Shown here: one piece after another, positions 16,128 through 24,644 of the stretch
Numbering within the stretch: position 1 is the first letter of the stretch
Layout of the letters: the number at the start of each line of letters is the position of its first letter
NCBI GenBank assembly: GCA_023700985.1
Contig: JAMPXV010000001.1
Location: 1 to 46,258 of the forward strand
DNA length: 46,258 nt
Direction of reading: 5' to 3'
Source of the DNA: Lysobacter sp.
Lineage (GTDB): Bacteria > Pseudomonadota > Gammaproteobacteria > Burkholderiales > Usitatibacteraceae
The notes under the pieces: model-generated
Told to the model about the DNA's origin: nothing
What the model saw: the letters and a program-made list of their open reading frames with translations, nothing else
The model's database searches: none
Position numbers and translations under genes: made by a program

Positions 16128-16940
16128 CTAGGCGACGGCCGCGAGCGCCACTTGCGGCTCTCGCGCCGCGGGCGCGCTTCCCAGGAATCCGGCCGCATCC
16201 AGTTCCTCGAAGAGCGCCGCGTAATCGGCCGCGCCGCGGCTGGCCGGCGCGTGCGCGAACACGTCGCGCTCGCTGAACGGGCTCTCGGCGATGCTCACGT
16301 TCTCGGAAATGCGGCTCTCGGCGAGTTCCTCGCCGAAGCGCGCCTTGAAGGTCGCGAGGATGTCCCAGGACATCTTGCGGCGGCCGTCGAAGCGGGTGAT
16401 GACGTAGCGCCGGTCGATGCGCCTGCCCACGACGCGCGACAGCGCATTGAGCGTGCGCTCCACCTGCAGGGCGCCCTTGACCGCGAGGTAGTCGGCCGAT
16501 ACGGGAATCAGCACGCGCTCGGCCGCGAAGATGGCCGAGAGCGACAGCACGCCCAGCATCGGGCAGCAATCGATGAGCACGCAGCCGGCCTCGCCCAGGC
16601 CGTCCCGGGCCAGCCCCACGCGCAGGCGGTTGAGCACGTTGGGCCCCTTGCCGAATTGCGTGTCGACCTTCGCGAGTTCGAGGTGGGCGGGGATGACCGG
16701 CCAGCCCAGCGGGGACTCGACGATCAGGCCCGACAGCGGGCGCGAATCGCGATAGAAGCCGTAGATGCTGGCCTCCGCCGCCGGCGGCATGGACCGCGTG
16801 ACGGCGGACAGGTGCGCCTGCGGGTCGAGGTCGATCGCGAGCGGCAGCCCGCCCCGCGCGGCGATGGCGGCCGCAAGGTTGAGCGTCGTCGTCGTCTTGC
16901 CGACGCCGCCCTTCTGGTTGAACACGGCGATTCGAGCCAC
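16128..16940 (-). CDS. ParA/Soj/MinD-superfamily P-loop ATPase (orphan, no ParB nearby)
   Basis: Deviant Walker A in IAVFNQKGGVGKTTTT, followed by DLDPQ and LIDCCP motifs. A GTG at 16940 gives the typical short N-terminus. An upstream ATG at 17018 (and 17078 in the track) is possible. Confidence 0.85.
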   Translation of the reverse strand: MARIAVFNQKGGVGKTTTTLNLAAAIAARGGLPLAIDLDPQAHLSAVTRSMPPAAEASIYGFYRDSRPLSGLIVESPLGWPVIPAHLELAKVDTQFGKGPNVLNRLRVGLARDGLGEAGCVLIDCCPMLGVLSLSAIFAAERVLIPVSADYLAVKGALQVERTLNALSRVVGRRIDRRYVITRFDGRRKMSWDILATFKARFGEELAESRISENVSIAESPFSERDVFAHAPASRGAADYAALFEELDAAGFLGSAPAAREPQVALAAVA

Positions 16941-17106
16941 GGGACCCTGCCGGAAAATGCGGACGAAATGGCGTGCTGCCGAGGCTTCCAGGCGGCACGA
17001 CGGGGGCTTCGAAGCCATATTAGGCCGGAAATCAGGGGCTTGGCAATAGATCCTGCGACGTCGCCTGAAGAACAGCACGCAAGGGACTGACCAGGCTGGA
17101 GGCTGT

Positions 17107-17856
17107 CTAAAGCAGCTCCGGGAAACGGGAGGCGAACTGGCGCAGGTTGTCGGTGATGATGCCGTCGGCCCCGGCCGCGAGCAGGCGCTCGGCCTCGGGC
17201 GGGTCGTTCACCGTCCAGACGAGGACACGCAGGCCCGCCGCATGGGCGCGGGCGATGAGCTCCCGCGTCGCATGCTGGCGCGCGCAGTGCAGGGACACCG
17301 CCCCCACCTCCTCCATGCGGGCGAAGTCGGCGTCGGAGGGAGCCCCCACGATATAGCCCCGCGGCAGCGCCGGCACCGCGTCCCGGGCCGCCGCCAACGC
17401 CTCGAACGAGAAGGAGGAAAGCAGGGGGGCCACCGCCGCGCCCTCCCACAGGGCTGCGGCCCGCTCCGCCACCCGGCGACCGGTTTCGCGGTCGGTGCCC
17501 GGCACGGGCTTGATCTCGACGTTGGCGCTCGTCCCCCGCTCGCGAAGCACGCGGGCCGCGTCGTCGAACGTGGGGATGGGCTCCCCCCGGAACGCGTCGG
17601 AGAGCCAGCCTCCCGCGTCCAGCATCGCGAGCTCCGCCCAGGTGCGCTCCCCCGCCGGGCCCCGCCCGGAGGTCGTCCGGTCCAGGGTCGAGTCGTGGAG
17701 CAGGAAGGCCACGCCGTCGCGCGCGAGCTTCACGTCGAGTTCCGCCGCGCGGAATCCGAGCGCCTGCCCGACGCGGATGGCGGCCAGGGTGTTCTCGGGA
17801 GCGATCGATCCGCCGCCGCGATGGGCGACGAGCTTCGGGTAGGGCCAGGCGTTCAT
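17107..17856 (-). CDS. ugpQ: Glycerophosphodiester phosphodiesterase
   Basis: Starts MNAWPYPKLVAHRGGG...ENT. The motifs ELDV, LHDSTLDRTT and EIK are typical of the GDPD family. The ATG overlaps the pgpA stop (ATGA). Confidence 0.9.
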   Translation of the reverse strand: MNAWPYPKLVAHRGGGSIAPENTLAAIRVGQALGFRAAELDVKLARDGVAFLLHDSTLDRTTSGRGPAGERTWAELAMLDAGGWLSDAFRGEPIPTFDDAARVLRERGTSANVEIKPVPGTDRETGRRVAERAAALWEGAAVAPLLSSFSFEALAAARDAVPALPRGYIVGAPSDADFARMEEVGAVSLHCARQHATRELIARAHAAGLRVLVWTVNDPPEAERLLAAGADGIITDNLRQFASRFPELL

Positions 17857-18368
17857 GCGGGCATGGGCAGCCGGTGGATGGCGATCACCAGGATCACGAG
17901 GACGAGGTAGGTGTAGCAGGCGGCCAGGAGGTCGTCGAGCATGACCCCCAGCCCGCCCTTCACGCGCGCCTCGAACTGGCGGATCGGGAAGGGCTTCCAG
18001 ATGTCGAAGAGGCGGAACAGCGCGAAGGCGAGCGCCTGCAGCCAGATGCTCGCCGAGGCGAGGGCCGCGAGCGGCAGGAAGGCGACGATCTCGTCCCAGA
18101 CGAAGGCGCCGTGGTCCTCGACGCCGAGATTGCGACCGGCCACGCCGCAGGCCCACACGCCCACGAAGAAGAGCGGCACGGCGAGGAAGGCGATGGCGAG
18201 CGGCGGCAGGACGAGCGCCAGCAACCAGTACATCGCCAGCGCGGCCAGCGTGCCGGCGGTCCCCGGCGCGCGCGGGGCGAGCCCGGCCCCGAAGCCCAGG
18301 GCGATGAAGTGCGCGGGGTGCGCGACGAGGAAGCGCGCGTCAGGACGCCGTGAAGTGGTCGAATCCAC
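17853..18368 (-). CDS. pgpA: Phosphatidylglycerophosphatase A
   Basis: Matches PgpA in LGFGAGLAPRAPGTAGTLAA, DHGAFVWDEIV, DIWKPFPIR and GGLGVMLDDLLA. No ATG is available. The inferred GTG start at 18368 gives about 171 aa and overlaps the thiL end by 29 nt. Confidence 0.85.
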   Translation of the reverse strand: MDSTTSRRPDARFLVAHPAHFIALGFGAGLAPRAPGTAGTLAALAMYWLLALVLPPLAIAFLAVPLFFVGVWACGVAGRNLGVEDHGAFVWDEIVAFLPLAALASASIWLQALAFALFRLFDIWKPFPIRQFEARVKGGLGVMLDDLLAACYTYLVLVILVIAIHRLPMPA

Positions 18369-19311
18369 GGCCGTCGATCGTGATCGGCTTGCCGTCCGCG
18401 CCCAGCAGCGAGACGCCCTGGCCCTTGCGGACCTGCCCGATTCGCGTGAGCGGGATCCCGAGGACGTCGGTGAGGTCCTCGATCGAGTCGCGCGCGTTGG
18501 CGGGCGCCGTGAAGCAGAGCTCGTAGTCGTCGCCACCCGCGGCCACCGCCGTGAGCCCCTCGAGGCTGTCGATGTGCAACGCGCCGATCGCCGAGACGGG
18601 CAGGAGCTCGGACTCGACGGTGGCCCCCACCTTCGAGAGCTCGCAGATGTGGCCGAGGTCGCCGAGAAGGCCGTCGGAAATGTCGATGGCACTGGTGGCG
18701 AGGCCGCGCAGCGCCTGGCCCAGCTTCACGCGCGGCGTCGGCTCGTAGAGGCGCATCACCGCCTCCATGTAGTCCTCCTCCGACAGCTTGAGGAGCCCGC
18801 GACGGTGCGCCACGGCCAGCGCCGCGTCGCCCAGGTGGCCCGAGACCCAGATGTCGTTGCCGACCTTGGCGCCGCTGCGGCGCAGGGCCGCCCCGGCCGG
18901 CACCTCGCCCATGATCGTGACCGTCATCGTGAGCGGGCCCTTCGTCGTGTCGCCCCCGATGAGCGAGACCCCGAACTCCTCCGCCAGGTCGAAGAAGCCC
19001 TTGGCGAACTTGGCGAGCCACTCGTCGTTCACCGCCGGCAGCGTGAGGGCGAGCGTGGCCCAGTAGGGCATGGCCCCCATCGCCGCCATGTCGGAGAGGT
19101 TCACCGCGAGCGCCTTGTGGCCGAGGGTCTCGGGATCGACGTCCGGGAAGAAGTGCGTGCCCGAGACCATCGTGTCGGTGGAGACCGCCAGGTCCATGCC
19201 GTGGGAGACGCCCACCAGCGCGCAGTCGTCGCCCACGCCCAGCACCGCGTTGGCGGCGGGCCGCGTGAAGTGGCGGGCGATGAGGTCGAATTCGGGGGAT
19301 AGCTTGATCAT
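18340..19311 (-). CDS. thiL: Thiamine-monophosphate kinase
   Basis: Starts [18 protein letters not shown]-synthase-like motifs GDDCAL, STDTMVSGTHF, ALAVNLSDMAAMGA and GGDTT. The ATG overlaps the nusB stop. Confidence 0.92.
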   Translation of the reverse strand: MIKLSPEFDLIARHFTRPAANAVLGVGDDCALVGVSHGMDLAVSTDTMVSGTHFFPDVDPETLGHKALAVNLSDMAAMGAMPYWATLALTLPAVNDEWLAKFAKGFFDLAEEFGVSLIGGDTTKGPLTMTVTIMGEVPAGAALRRSGAKVGNDIWVSGHLGDAALAVAHRRGLLKLSEEDYMEAVMRLYEPTPRVKLGQALRGLATSAIDISDGLLGDLGHICELSKVGATVESELLPVSAIGALHIDSLEGLTAVAAGGDDYELCFTAPANARDSIEDLTDVLGIPLTRIGQVRKGQGVSLLGADGKPITIDGRGFDHFTAS

Positions 19312-19802
19312 GCCTCTGCCTTTTTCCGGGAGGCGGGCCTGGCCTTCGAAGGCTGCCTCGGTTTGCGTTCGGCCGTGCGGCCGGCGGCCACCTCCTCGGG
19401 GCGCAGCGCCGCCGCGACCCGGTCGAGGATGCCGTTCACGTACTTGTGCCCGTCGGTCCCGCCGTAGCGCTTGGCGAGTTCGATCGCCTCGTTGATCGAG
19501 ACGCGGTAGGGCATTTCCGGGACGTGCGCGATCTCCCAGGCCCCGATGAGGAGGATCGCCTTCTCCACCGGGCTCACCTCCGCCCACTTGCGGTCCACCA
19601 GGGGCTCCAGGAGGCCCCGCAGCCCCTCGGCCTCGTCGATGACGCCGGCGAGCTCCGCCTTGAGCAGCCCCGCGTCGGCCGCGCCGTGGCCCTCGAGCTC
19701 GGCGAGGTTGCGCGCGATCTCGGTCGCGGTGGCGCCCGTCATCTGCCACTGGTACAGGCCCTGGAGCGCGAACTCCCGCGCCCGGCGCCGGGGGGATCTC
19801 AT
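19308..19802 (-). CDS. nusB: Transcription antitermination factor NusB
   Basis: Contains [15 protein letters not shown] and [10 protein letters not shown]...[14 protein letters not shown]. The basic C-terminal tail is longer than usual. Confidence 0.93.
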   Translation of the reverse strand: MRSPRRRAREFALQGLYQWQMTGATATEIARNLAELEGHGAADAGLLKAELAGVIDEAEGLRGLLEPLVDRKWAEVSPVEKAILLIGAWEIAHVPEMPYRVSINEAIELAKRYGGTDGHKYVNGILDRVAAALRPEEVAAGRTAERKPRQPSKARPASRKKAEA

Positions 19803-20269
19803 CCGTTCACCGCCTTCAGGAGGTTGGCCATCTCGATGGCCACGCGGGCGGCCTCGGCGCCCTTCACGGAAGCCCGCTCCCGCGCCTGCGCCTCCGTGCT
19901 CGTGGTGAGCACCGCGTTGGCCACCGGCACGCCGGTCTCGAGCTGCACCTCGACGATGCCGCGCGCGCTCTCGTTCGAGACCACCTCGAAGTGGTAGGTC
20001 TCGCCGCGGATCACCGCGCCCAGCGCCACGAGCGCGTCGTACCGGCGCCCGAAGCCGCGCGTGCGCAGGGCCAGCGCCTGCAGGGCGAGCGGGATCTCCA
20101 GCGCGCCGGGCACGCTCACCACGTCGATGTCGACCGGTGCCACGCCGAGGTTCACCAGCTCCCGGTCGCAGGCCGTGAGGAGCTCGCGGACGACGTCCTC
20201 GTTGAAGCGGCTCCAGACGATGGCGACGGCGAGCCCGTCGCCCTTGAGGTCGGGTGCATAGGCGGTCAT
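19799..20269 (-). CDS. ribH: 6,7-dimethyl-8-ribityllumazine synthase
   Basis: Contains [19 protein letters not shown] and [14 protein letters not shown]. Confidence 0.93.
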   Translation of the reverse strand: MTAYAPDLKGDGLAVAIVWSRFNEDVVRELLTACDRELVNLGVAPVDIDVVSVPGALEIPLALQALALRTRGFGRRYDALVALGAVIRGETYHFEVVSNESARGIVEVQLETGVPVANAVLTTSTEAQARERASVKGAEAARVAIEMANLLKAVNG

Positions 20270-21384
20270 AGGGCTTTCACCTGCATGGCGTCGTCGGGGG
20301 AAACGTACTCGACCACCTCGAGGCCGAAGCCCGCCATGCTCGGGATGCGCTTGGGCCGCGCCAGCACGCGCATGCGGCCCACGCCGAGGTCGCGAAGGAT
20401 CTGCGCCCCGATGCCGTGCAGCTTCGGGTCCCACTTGCGCACGCCCCGCGAGGGCGGGTGCGCGGGCGAGAAGCGCAGCAGGATCTCGTCGGCCGTCTCG
20501 TGCCGGCCCAGGAGCACGATCACGCCCTCCTTGTGGTGGGCGATGATGCGCATCGCGTCCTGCACCGAGTAGGCGTGCCGGCTCGCGTCGAAGTCGAAGA
20601 CGTCGATGGAATGGAAGGGCTCGTGCACGCGCACCAGGACGGGCCGGTCCGGCGAGGGCTCGCCGCGCACGAGCGCGTAGTGCAGCTCGTTCGCGGCGGT
20701 GTCGTGGTAGACGCACAGGCGGAAGGGCCCGTACGGCGTCGCGATGTGCCGGTCGGCCACGCGCTCGATCAGCTTCTCGTTCACGCCGCGGTGGCGGATG
20801 AGGTCCGCGATCGTGCCCAGCTTGAGCTCGTGCCGCGCCGCGAAATCGACCAGGTCCGGCAGCCGCGCCATCTCGCCGTCGGGCCTCATCACCTCGCAGA
20901 TGACGGCCGCCGGCGTGAGGCCGGCGAGTTCCGCGAGGTCGCAGCCCGCCTCCGTGTGGCCCGCGCGAACGAGCACGCCGCCGTTCTGCGCCATCACCGG
21001 GAAGATGTGCCCGGGCTGGACGATGTCGGTGGGCTTGGCATGCTTGGCCACCGCCACGCGCACCGTCCTCGCCCTGTCGGCGGCGGAAATGCCCGTGGTC
21101 ACGCCGGTGGCCGCCTCGATCGAGACCGTGAAGGCCGTGCCGTGCGGCGAGCGGTTGTCGCTCACCATCAGGGGCAGCGCCAGCTGCCGGCAGCGCTCCT
21201 CGGTGAGGGTGAGGCAGATGAGGCCGCGCGCGTGCATGGCCATGAAGTTGATCGCTTCCGGCGTGATGAAGTCGGCCGCCATGACGAGGTCGCCCTCGTT
21301 CTCGCGGTCCTCGGCGTCGACGAGGACGACCATCCTGCCGAGGCGGATGTCGTCGATGATCTCGGGGGTGGGACTGATGTTCAA
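20266..21384 (-). CDS. ribBA: Bifunctional 3,4-dihydroxy-2-butanone-4-phosphate synthase / GTP cyclohydrolase II-like protein
   Basis: DHBP synthase motifs [12 protein letters not shown] and HTEAGCDLA, with a C-terminal RibA-like domain. TTG start at 21384 with GGAGG upstream. Confidence 0.93.
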   Translation of the reverse strand: MNISPTPEIIDDIRLGRMVVLVDAEDRENEGDLVMAADFITPEAINFMAMHARGLICLTLTEERCRQLALPLMVSDNRSPHGTAFTVSIEAATGVTTGISAADRARTVRVAVAKHAKPTDIVQPGHIFPVMAQNGGVLVRAGHTEAGCDLAELAGLTPAAVICEVMRPDGEMARLPDLVDFAARHELKLGTIADLIRHRGVNEKLIERVADRHIATPYGPFRLCVYHDTAANELHYALVRGEPSPDRPVLVRVHEPFHSIDVFDFDASRHAYSVQDAMRIIAHHKEGVIVLLGRHETADEILLRFSPAHPPSRGVRKWDPKLHGIGAQILRDLGVGRMRVLARPKRIPSMAGFGLEVVEYVSPDDAMQVKAL

Positions 21385-21454
21385 GGCGGGGCCTCCGGGC
21401 TGGTCCTCTATTTTGCCCGATTGGGCGCCCTCCCGCCCGCGCCGGCGGCCGGCC

Positions 21455-21964
21455 TTACCGGAAAAAGCGGACCCCGCAGCCCGTCACGCCCCGGCACAGC
21501 AGGGCCTTGACCAGGCGCTCCGGCCGCGACTCCCGCCACGAGGACTCGAGGGGCGGGGCATTGAGGTGCACGGTCCAGAGATCGTCCCGGCGCAGCAGGT
21601 GCGACGCGTCGCGGACCAGTTCGCCGGCCCGCAGGGCGTCGCCCTTGTGAAGGTAATCGTGGACGAGCTCGAGCAGCGCTTCCGCCGCCTCGTCCTCGTC
21701 GGTGTAATCCGCCGGCAGGGGCAAGGGACGGTCGCGGTCCGGTATGCAGCGGATGCCCCCGCGCTCCCCGGCGTCGACCCAGCAGTCCCACGCGGAAACG
21801 GGCGCCGGAGTTCCTGGAAAGTGCGCCGTGCGGCCGGATGCGGCGGCCGGCGGGCCCGCCACGGCCACGGCCGCGAGGGTCAGCGACGCGCCAAGCATGA
21901 CCAGTCGCGCACGTCGCCATCCCGGCGATGTTCCATGCGCGCGCAATCCGGATGTGTTCCTCAT
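21455..21964 (-). CDS. Hypothetical secreted protein (169 aa, 4 Cys in the mature part)
   Basis: GGAGG lies 5 nt upstream of the ATG at 21964. The signal peptide is basic then hydrophobic (WRRARLVMLGASLTLAAVAVAG). GC3 is high after the first ~20 codons. It is the C-terminal part of the 453-aa track ORF 21455..22816. Alternative start at 21898. Confidence 0.55.
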   Translation of the reverse strand: MRNTSGLRAHGTSPGWRRARLVMLGASLTLAAVAVAGPPAAASGRTAHFPGTPAPVSAWDCWVDAGERGGIRCIPDRDRPLPLPADYTDEDEAAEALLELVHDYLHKGDALRAGELVRDASHLLRRDDLWTVHLNAPPLESSWRESRPERLVKALLCRGVTGCGVRFFR

Positions 21965-22010
21965 GAAGGCCTCCACAGGCGGCATGAAGGGCATTTTGCG
22001 CTCAGGGCTT

Positions 22011-22041
22011 CCCGCCGGGGATACCCGGCGGGGTTTTCTCC
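22011..22041 (+). other. Terminator-shaped hairpin plus T-run in the cytochrome c leader
   Basis: CCCGCCGG-GGATAC-CCGGCGGG (22011-22032), followed by G-TTTTCTCC. No + strand gene lies upstream. Confidence 0.35.
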
Positions 22042-22129
22042 AGACCGGTTGCCCTAGGTCAAAGGGCGCACGGGCCGTTGGTGTTTCTTTCGCAGGAAGG
22101 AAACCCGATTTCCGCCAGGAGGAGGTCCC

Positions 22130-22924
22130 ATGGACTGCAACGCGCATTCCCTTTCCCGCGCTTCCCCGGCCGCGCCGTTCCGGCGCCGCCTTCCCGTGTA
22201 CGCTGCCGTCCTCGCCGCTGCCCTGGGCACCGCGACGGCGCTCGCCGCCGACCGGCCCGGCGCCGAGATCGCCAAGGCGCACTGCACCCGCTGCCATGAG
22301 GCCGGCACCGCCGGCGCGCCGAAGCCCGGCGACACGGCCGCCTGGGCGCCGCGCCTGAACAAGGGCGTGGACGCGCTGCTGCTCTCGGCAATCCGCGGCC
22401 ACGGCGGCATGCCGCCGCGCGGGGGCAAGGCCGACCTCACCGACCCGGAACTGCGCGGCGCCCTCCTCTACCTCTTCAACCCGGCCGGGCCGCCGAAGGA
22501 GCCGCCGAAGAGCGCCAAGGCCGCGCCGCCTCCCGGCGCCGGCCCGCAGCGCGTGTCGGCCGGCGGCCTCGACATCTATCTCGGCCGCGTCAGTGCCGAG
22601 CGCATGCGCGCCTACCCGGCGGGCTCCCCGGAGTCGAAGCTGCACGGCGGCGTGCCGGGCGGCAGCGGCTACCACCACGTGAACGTGTCGGTCTTCGATG
22701 CCGCGACCCAGGCGCCCGTCGCGGGCGCAAGCGTCCAGCTCGACGTGGAGCAGCTGGGCATGGGCCGCGAGACCAAGGCCCTGGAGGCGGTCACCCTCGC
22801 GGGAGGGCCGAGCCACGGCGCCTACGTGCGGCTCGCGCCGAAGGCGAACTACACGTTCTACGTGCGGGTGAACCGCCCCGGCGCGCAGCCGGTGGAGGCG
22901 AAGTTCCAGGAACGCCTGAACTGA
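22130..22924 (+). CDS. Periplasmic c-type cytochrome (c5-like domain) fused to an unassigned C-terminal domain
   Basis: AGGAGG upstream. Signal peptide ends ALA/ADRPG. Heme motif CTRCH and distal Met in GGMPPRGG. A Pro-rich linker (residues ~118-140) precedes a ~124-aa beta-looking domain (GYHHVNVSVFDAATQAPVAGASVQLDVE...YTFYVRVNR). Confidence 0.85.
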   Translation: MDCNAHSLSRASPAAPFRRRLPVYAAVLAAALGTATALAADRPGAEIAKAHCTRCHEAGTAGAPKPGDTAAWAPRLNKGVDALLLSAIRGHGGMPPRGGKADLTDPELRGALLYLFNPAGPPKEPPKSAKAAPPPGAGPQRVSAGGLDIYLGRVSAERMRAYPAGSPESKLHGGVPGGSGYHHVNVSVFDAATQAPVAGASVQLDVEQLGMGRETKALEAVTLAGGPSHGAYVRLAPKANYTFYVRVNRPGAQPVEAKFQERLN

Positions 22925-22955
22925 GCGACGCCGGCCCGGACGGGCGCGGCGGGAG

Positions 22956-23546
22956 CTACTCCCGCGCGCCCACGAGCCGCTCCAGGTACCTCGCGGTCAT
23001 GTCCACCTCGAGGTTCACCGGGCTTCCTGCAACCAGGCGGCGCAGCGTCGTCACCGACCGCGTGTGCGGGATGATGTTCACCTCGAAGCGATCGCCCGAG
23101 ACCGCGTTCACCGTGAGGCTCACGCCGTCGACCGCGATCGAGCCCTTGCGGGCCACGTAGCGCGACAGGTCGGGGGGCATCTCTATCTCCAGGCGCCAGC
23201 TGCCGCCGAGGTCGTCGAAGGCCGTGACGGTGCCCACGCCGTCCACGTGCCCGCTCACGAGGTGCCCGCCCAGCCGGTCGGCGAGCGTGAGCGACTTCTC
23301 GAGGTTCACCTCGCGGCCTTCCTCGAGCCCGGTGGTCACCTCGAGCGTCGCGGCCGAGGTGTCGACCTCGAACCCGCCCGCGTCCTTGGCCACCACCGTA
23401 TGGCACACGCCCTGCAGCGCGATCGAGTCGCCCAGCGCCACGTCGTCCATGCCGAAGCCGGGCGCGTCGACGCGCAGCCGCAGGCCGTCGCCGTGGGGCC
23501 GCGCGGAAGCGATGCGGCCGATGGCGGTCACGATGCCGGTGAACAT
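22956..23546 (-). CDS. ribE: Riboflavin synthase (alpha chain)
   Basis: Starts MFTGIV. Internal duplication of lumazine-binding repeats (GDSIALQGVCHTV and GSIAVDGVSLTV). Confidence 0.93.
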   Translation of the reverse strand: MFTGIVTAIGRIASARPHGDGLRLRVDAPGFGMDDVALGDSIALQGVCHTVVAKDAGGFEVDTSAATLEVTTGLEEGREVNLEKSLTLADRLGGHLVSGHVDGVGTVTAFDDLGGSWRLEIEMPPDLSRYVARKGSIAVDGVSLTVNAVSGDRFEVNIIPHTRSVTTLRRLVAGSPVNLEVDMTARYLERLVGARE

Positions 23547-23548
23547 GT

Positions 23549-24643
23549 TCAGCTCTCCAGTCGGGCGGTGATGCGAAGGTCCGGGCCGACGGCGCGGACG
23601 TCCACGATGCGCAGGCGCGGCGCCTCCGCCAGGTTGCGCAGCTCGGGCAGCGCATAGAGACCCTGCGCGGGATCGCCGAGCAGCATGGGGGCGAGGTAGA
23701 GCACGATCTCGTCGATGACGCCGGCCGCCAGCAGCGACCCGTTGAGCTTGGCGCCCGTCTCGACGGTGACCTCGTTGAAGCCGCGGTCGGCGAGCAGGCG
23801 CGCGACGGCGGCGAGATCGGTCTTGCCCCCGGCGACGGCCGGCACCATGACAACTTCCGCGCCGCGCGCTTCCAGGGCCGCGCGCCGCTCGCGATCCTCG
23901 CTCACCGTGAGCACCAGGGGCGGCTCGCCTGCCAGGATCTTCGCGGTGTCGGGCAGCTCGAGGCGGCTGTCGATGACGACGCGGCGCGGCTGCCGCGCGC
24001 ATGGCACGTGGCGCACCGTGAGCTCCGGGTCGTCGCGAAGCACGGTGCCGATGCCGGTGAGCATGGCGCACGACCGCGCGCGCAGCGCGTGGACGTCGCG
24101 CCGCGAGGCCTCGCCGGAGATCCAGCGGCTTTCCCCGTTGGCGAGCGCGATGCGCCCGTCGAGCGAGGCCGCGGACTTGATGCGCATCCACGGCCGGCCG
24201 CGCGACATGCGCGCGAGGAACCCGCGGTGGGCCTCCGCGGCCGCCTCCGCCATGAGGCCCGTTTCCACGCGGATGCCGGCTTCCCGCAGCTTCGCGAGTC
24301 CGCGCCCCTTCACCAGCGGGTTGGGATCCTCCAGGGCGGCGACCACGCGGCCGACCCGCGCGGCCACCAGCGCGTCGGCGCAGGGGGGCGTGCGGCCGTG
24401 GTGGCTGCAGGGCTCGAGGGTCAGGTAGACGCTCGCCCCTTCGGGCGACTCGCCGCAGGCGGCCAGAGCGGCCGCCTCCGCGTGCGGCTCGCCGGCGCGC
24501 GCGTGGAACCCCTCGCCGATCACCCGGCCGCCCTTCGCGATGACGCACCCCACGCTAGGGTTGGGCGTGGCGGTCTCGCGGCCGCGCGCGGCGAGCGCCA
24601 GGGCGCGCGCCATCAGGGCATGATCCTCCGCGGAGAAGCTCAC
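23549..24643 (-). CDS. ribD: Bifunctional diaminohydroxyphosphoribosylaminopyrimidine deaminase / 5-amino-6-(5-phosphoribosylamino)uracil reductase
   Basis: Deaminase zinc motifs HAEAAAL and PCSHHGRTPPC, with a C-terminal reductase domain. GTG start at 24643. Confidence 0.93.
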   Translation of the reverse strand: MSFSAEDHALMARALALAARGRETATPNPSVGCVIAKGGRVIGEGFHARAGEPHAEAAALAACGESPEGASVYLTLEPCSHHGRTPPCADALVAARVGRVVAALEDPNPLVKGRGLAKLREAGIRVETGLMAEAAAEAHRGFLARMSRGRPWMRIKSAASLDGRIALANGESRWISGEASRRDVHALRARSCAMLTGIGTVLRDDPELTVRHVPCARQPRRVVIDSRLELPDTAKILAGEPPLVLTVSEDRERRAALEARGAEVVMVPAVAGGKTDLAAVARLLADRGFNEVTVETGAKLNGSLLAAGVIDEIVLYLAPMLLGDPAQGLYALPELRNLAEAPRLRIVDVRAVGPDLRITARLES

Positions 24644-24644
24644 C

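Noticed and set aside
21385-21454. Possible FMN (RFN) riboswitch in front of ribBA.
   Set aside because: The spacer is only 70 nt and I could not recognise the conserved RFN core. Only a small GC hairpin and a GGAGG SD are present.
22049-22062. FNR-like site TTGCC-CTAG-GTCAA upstream of the cytochrome c gene.
   Set aside because: Only the right half-site fits, and the left half lacks the critical TTGA. It is mentioned as context only.
21744-22358. Plus-strand 204-aa ORF spanning the cytochrome c leader; considered as a possible leader peptide or upstream gene.
   Set aside because: It is out of frame with, and overlaps, both the secreted-protein gene and the cytochrome c gene. Its composition is Pro/Arg/Ala-rich and it has no SD.
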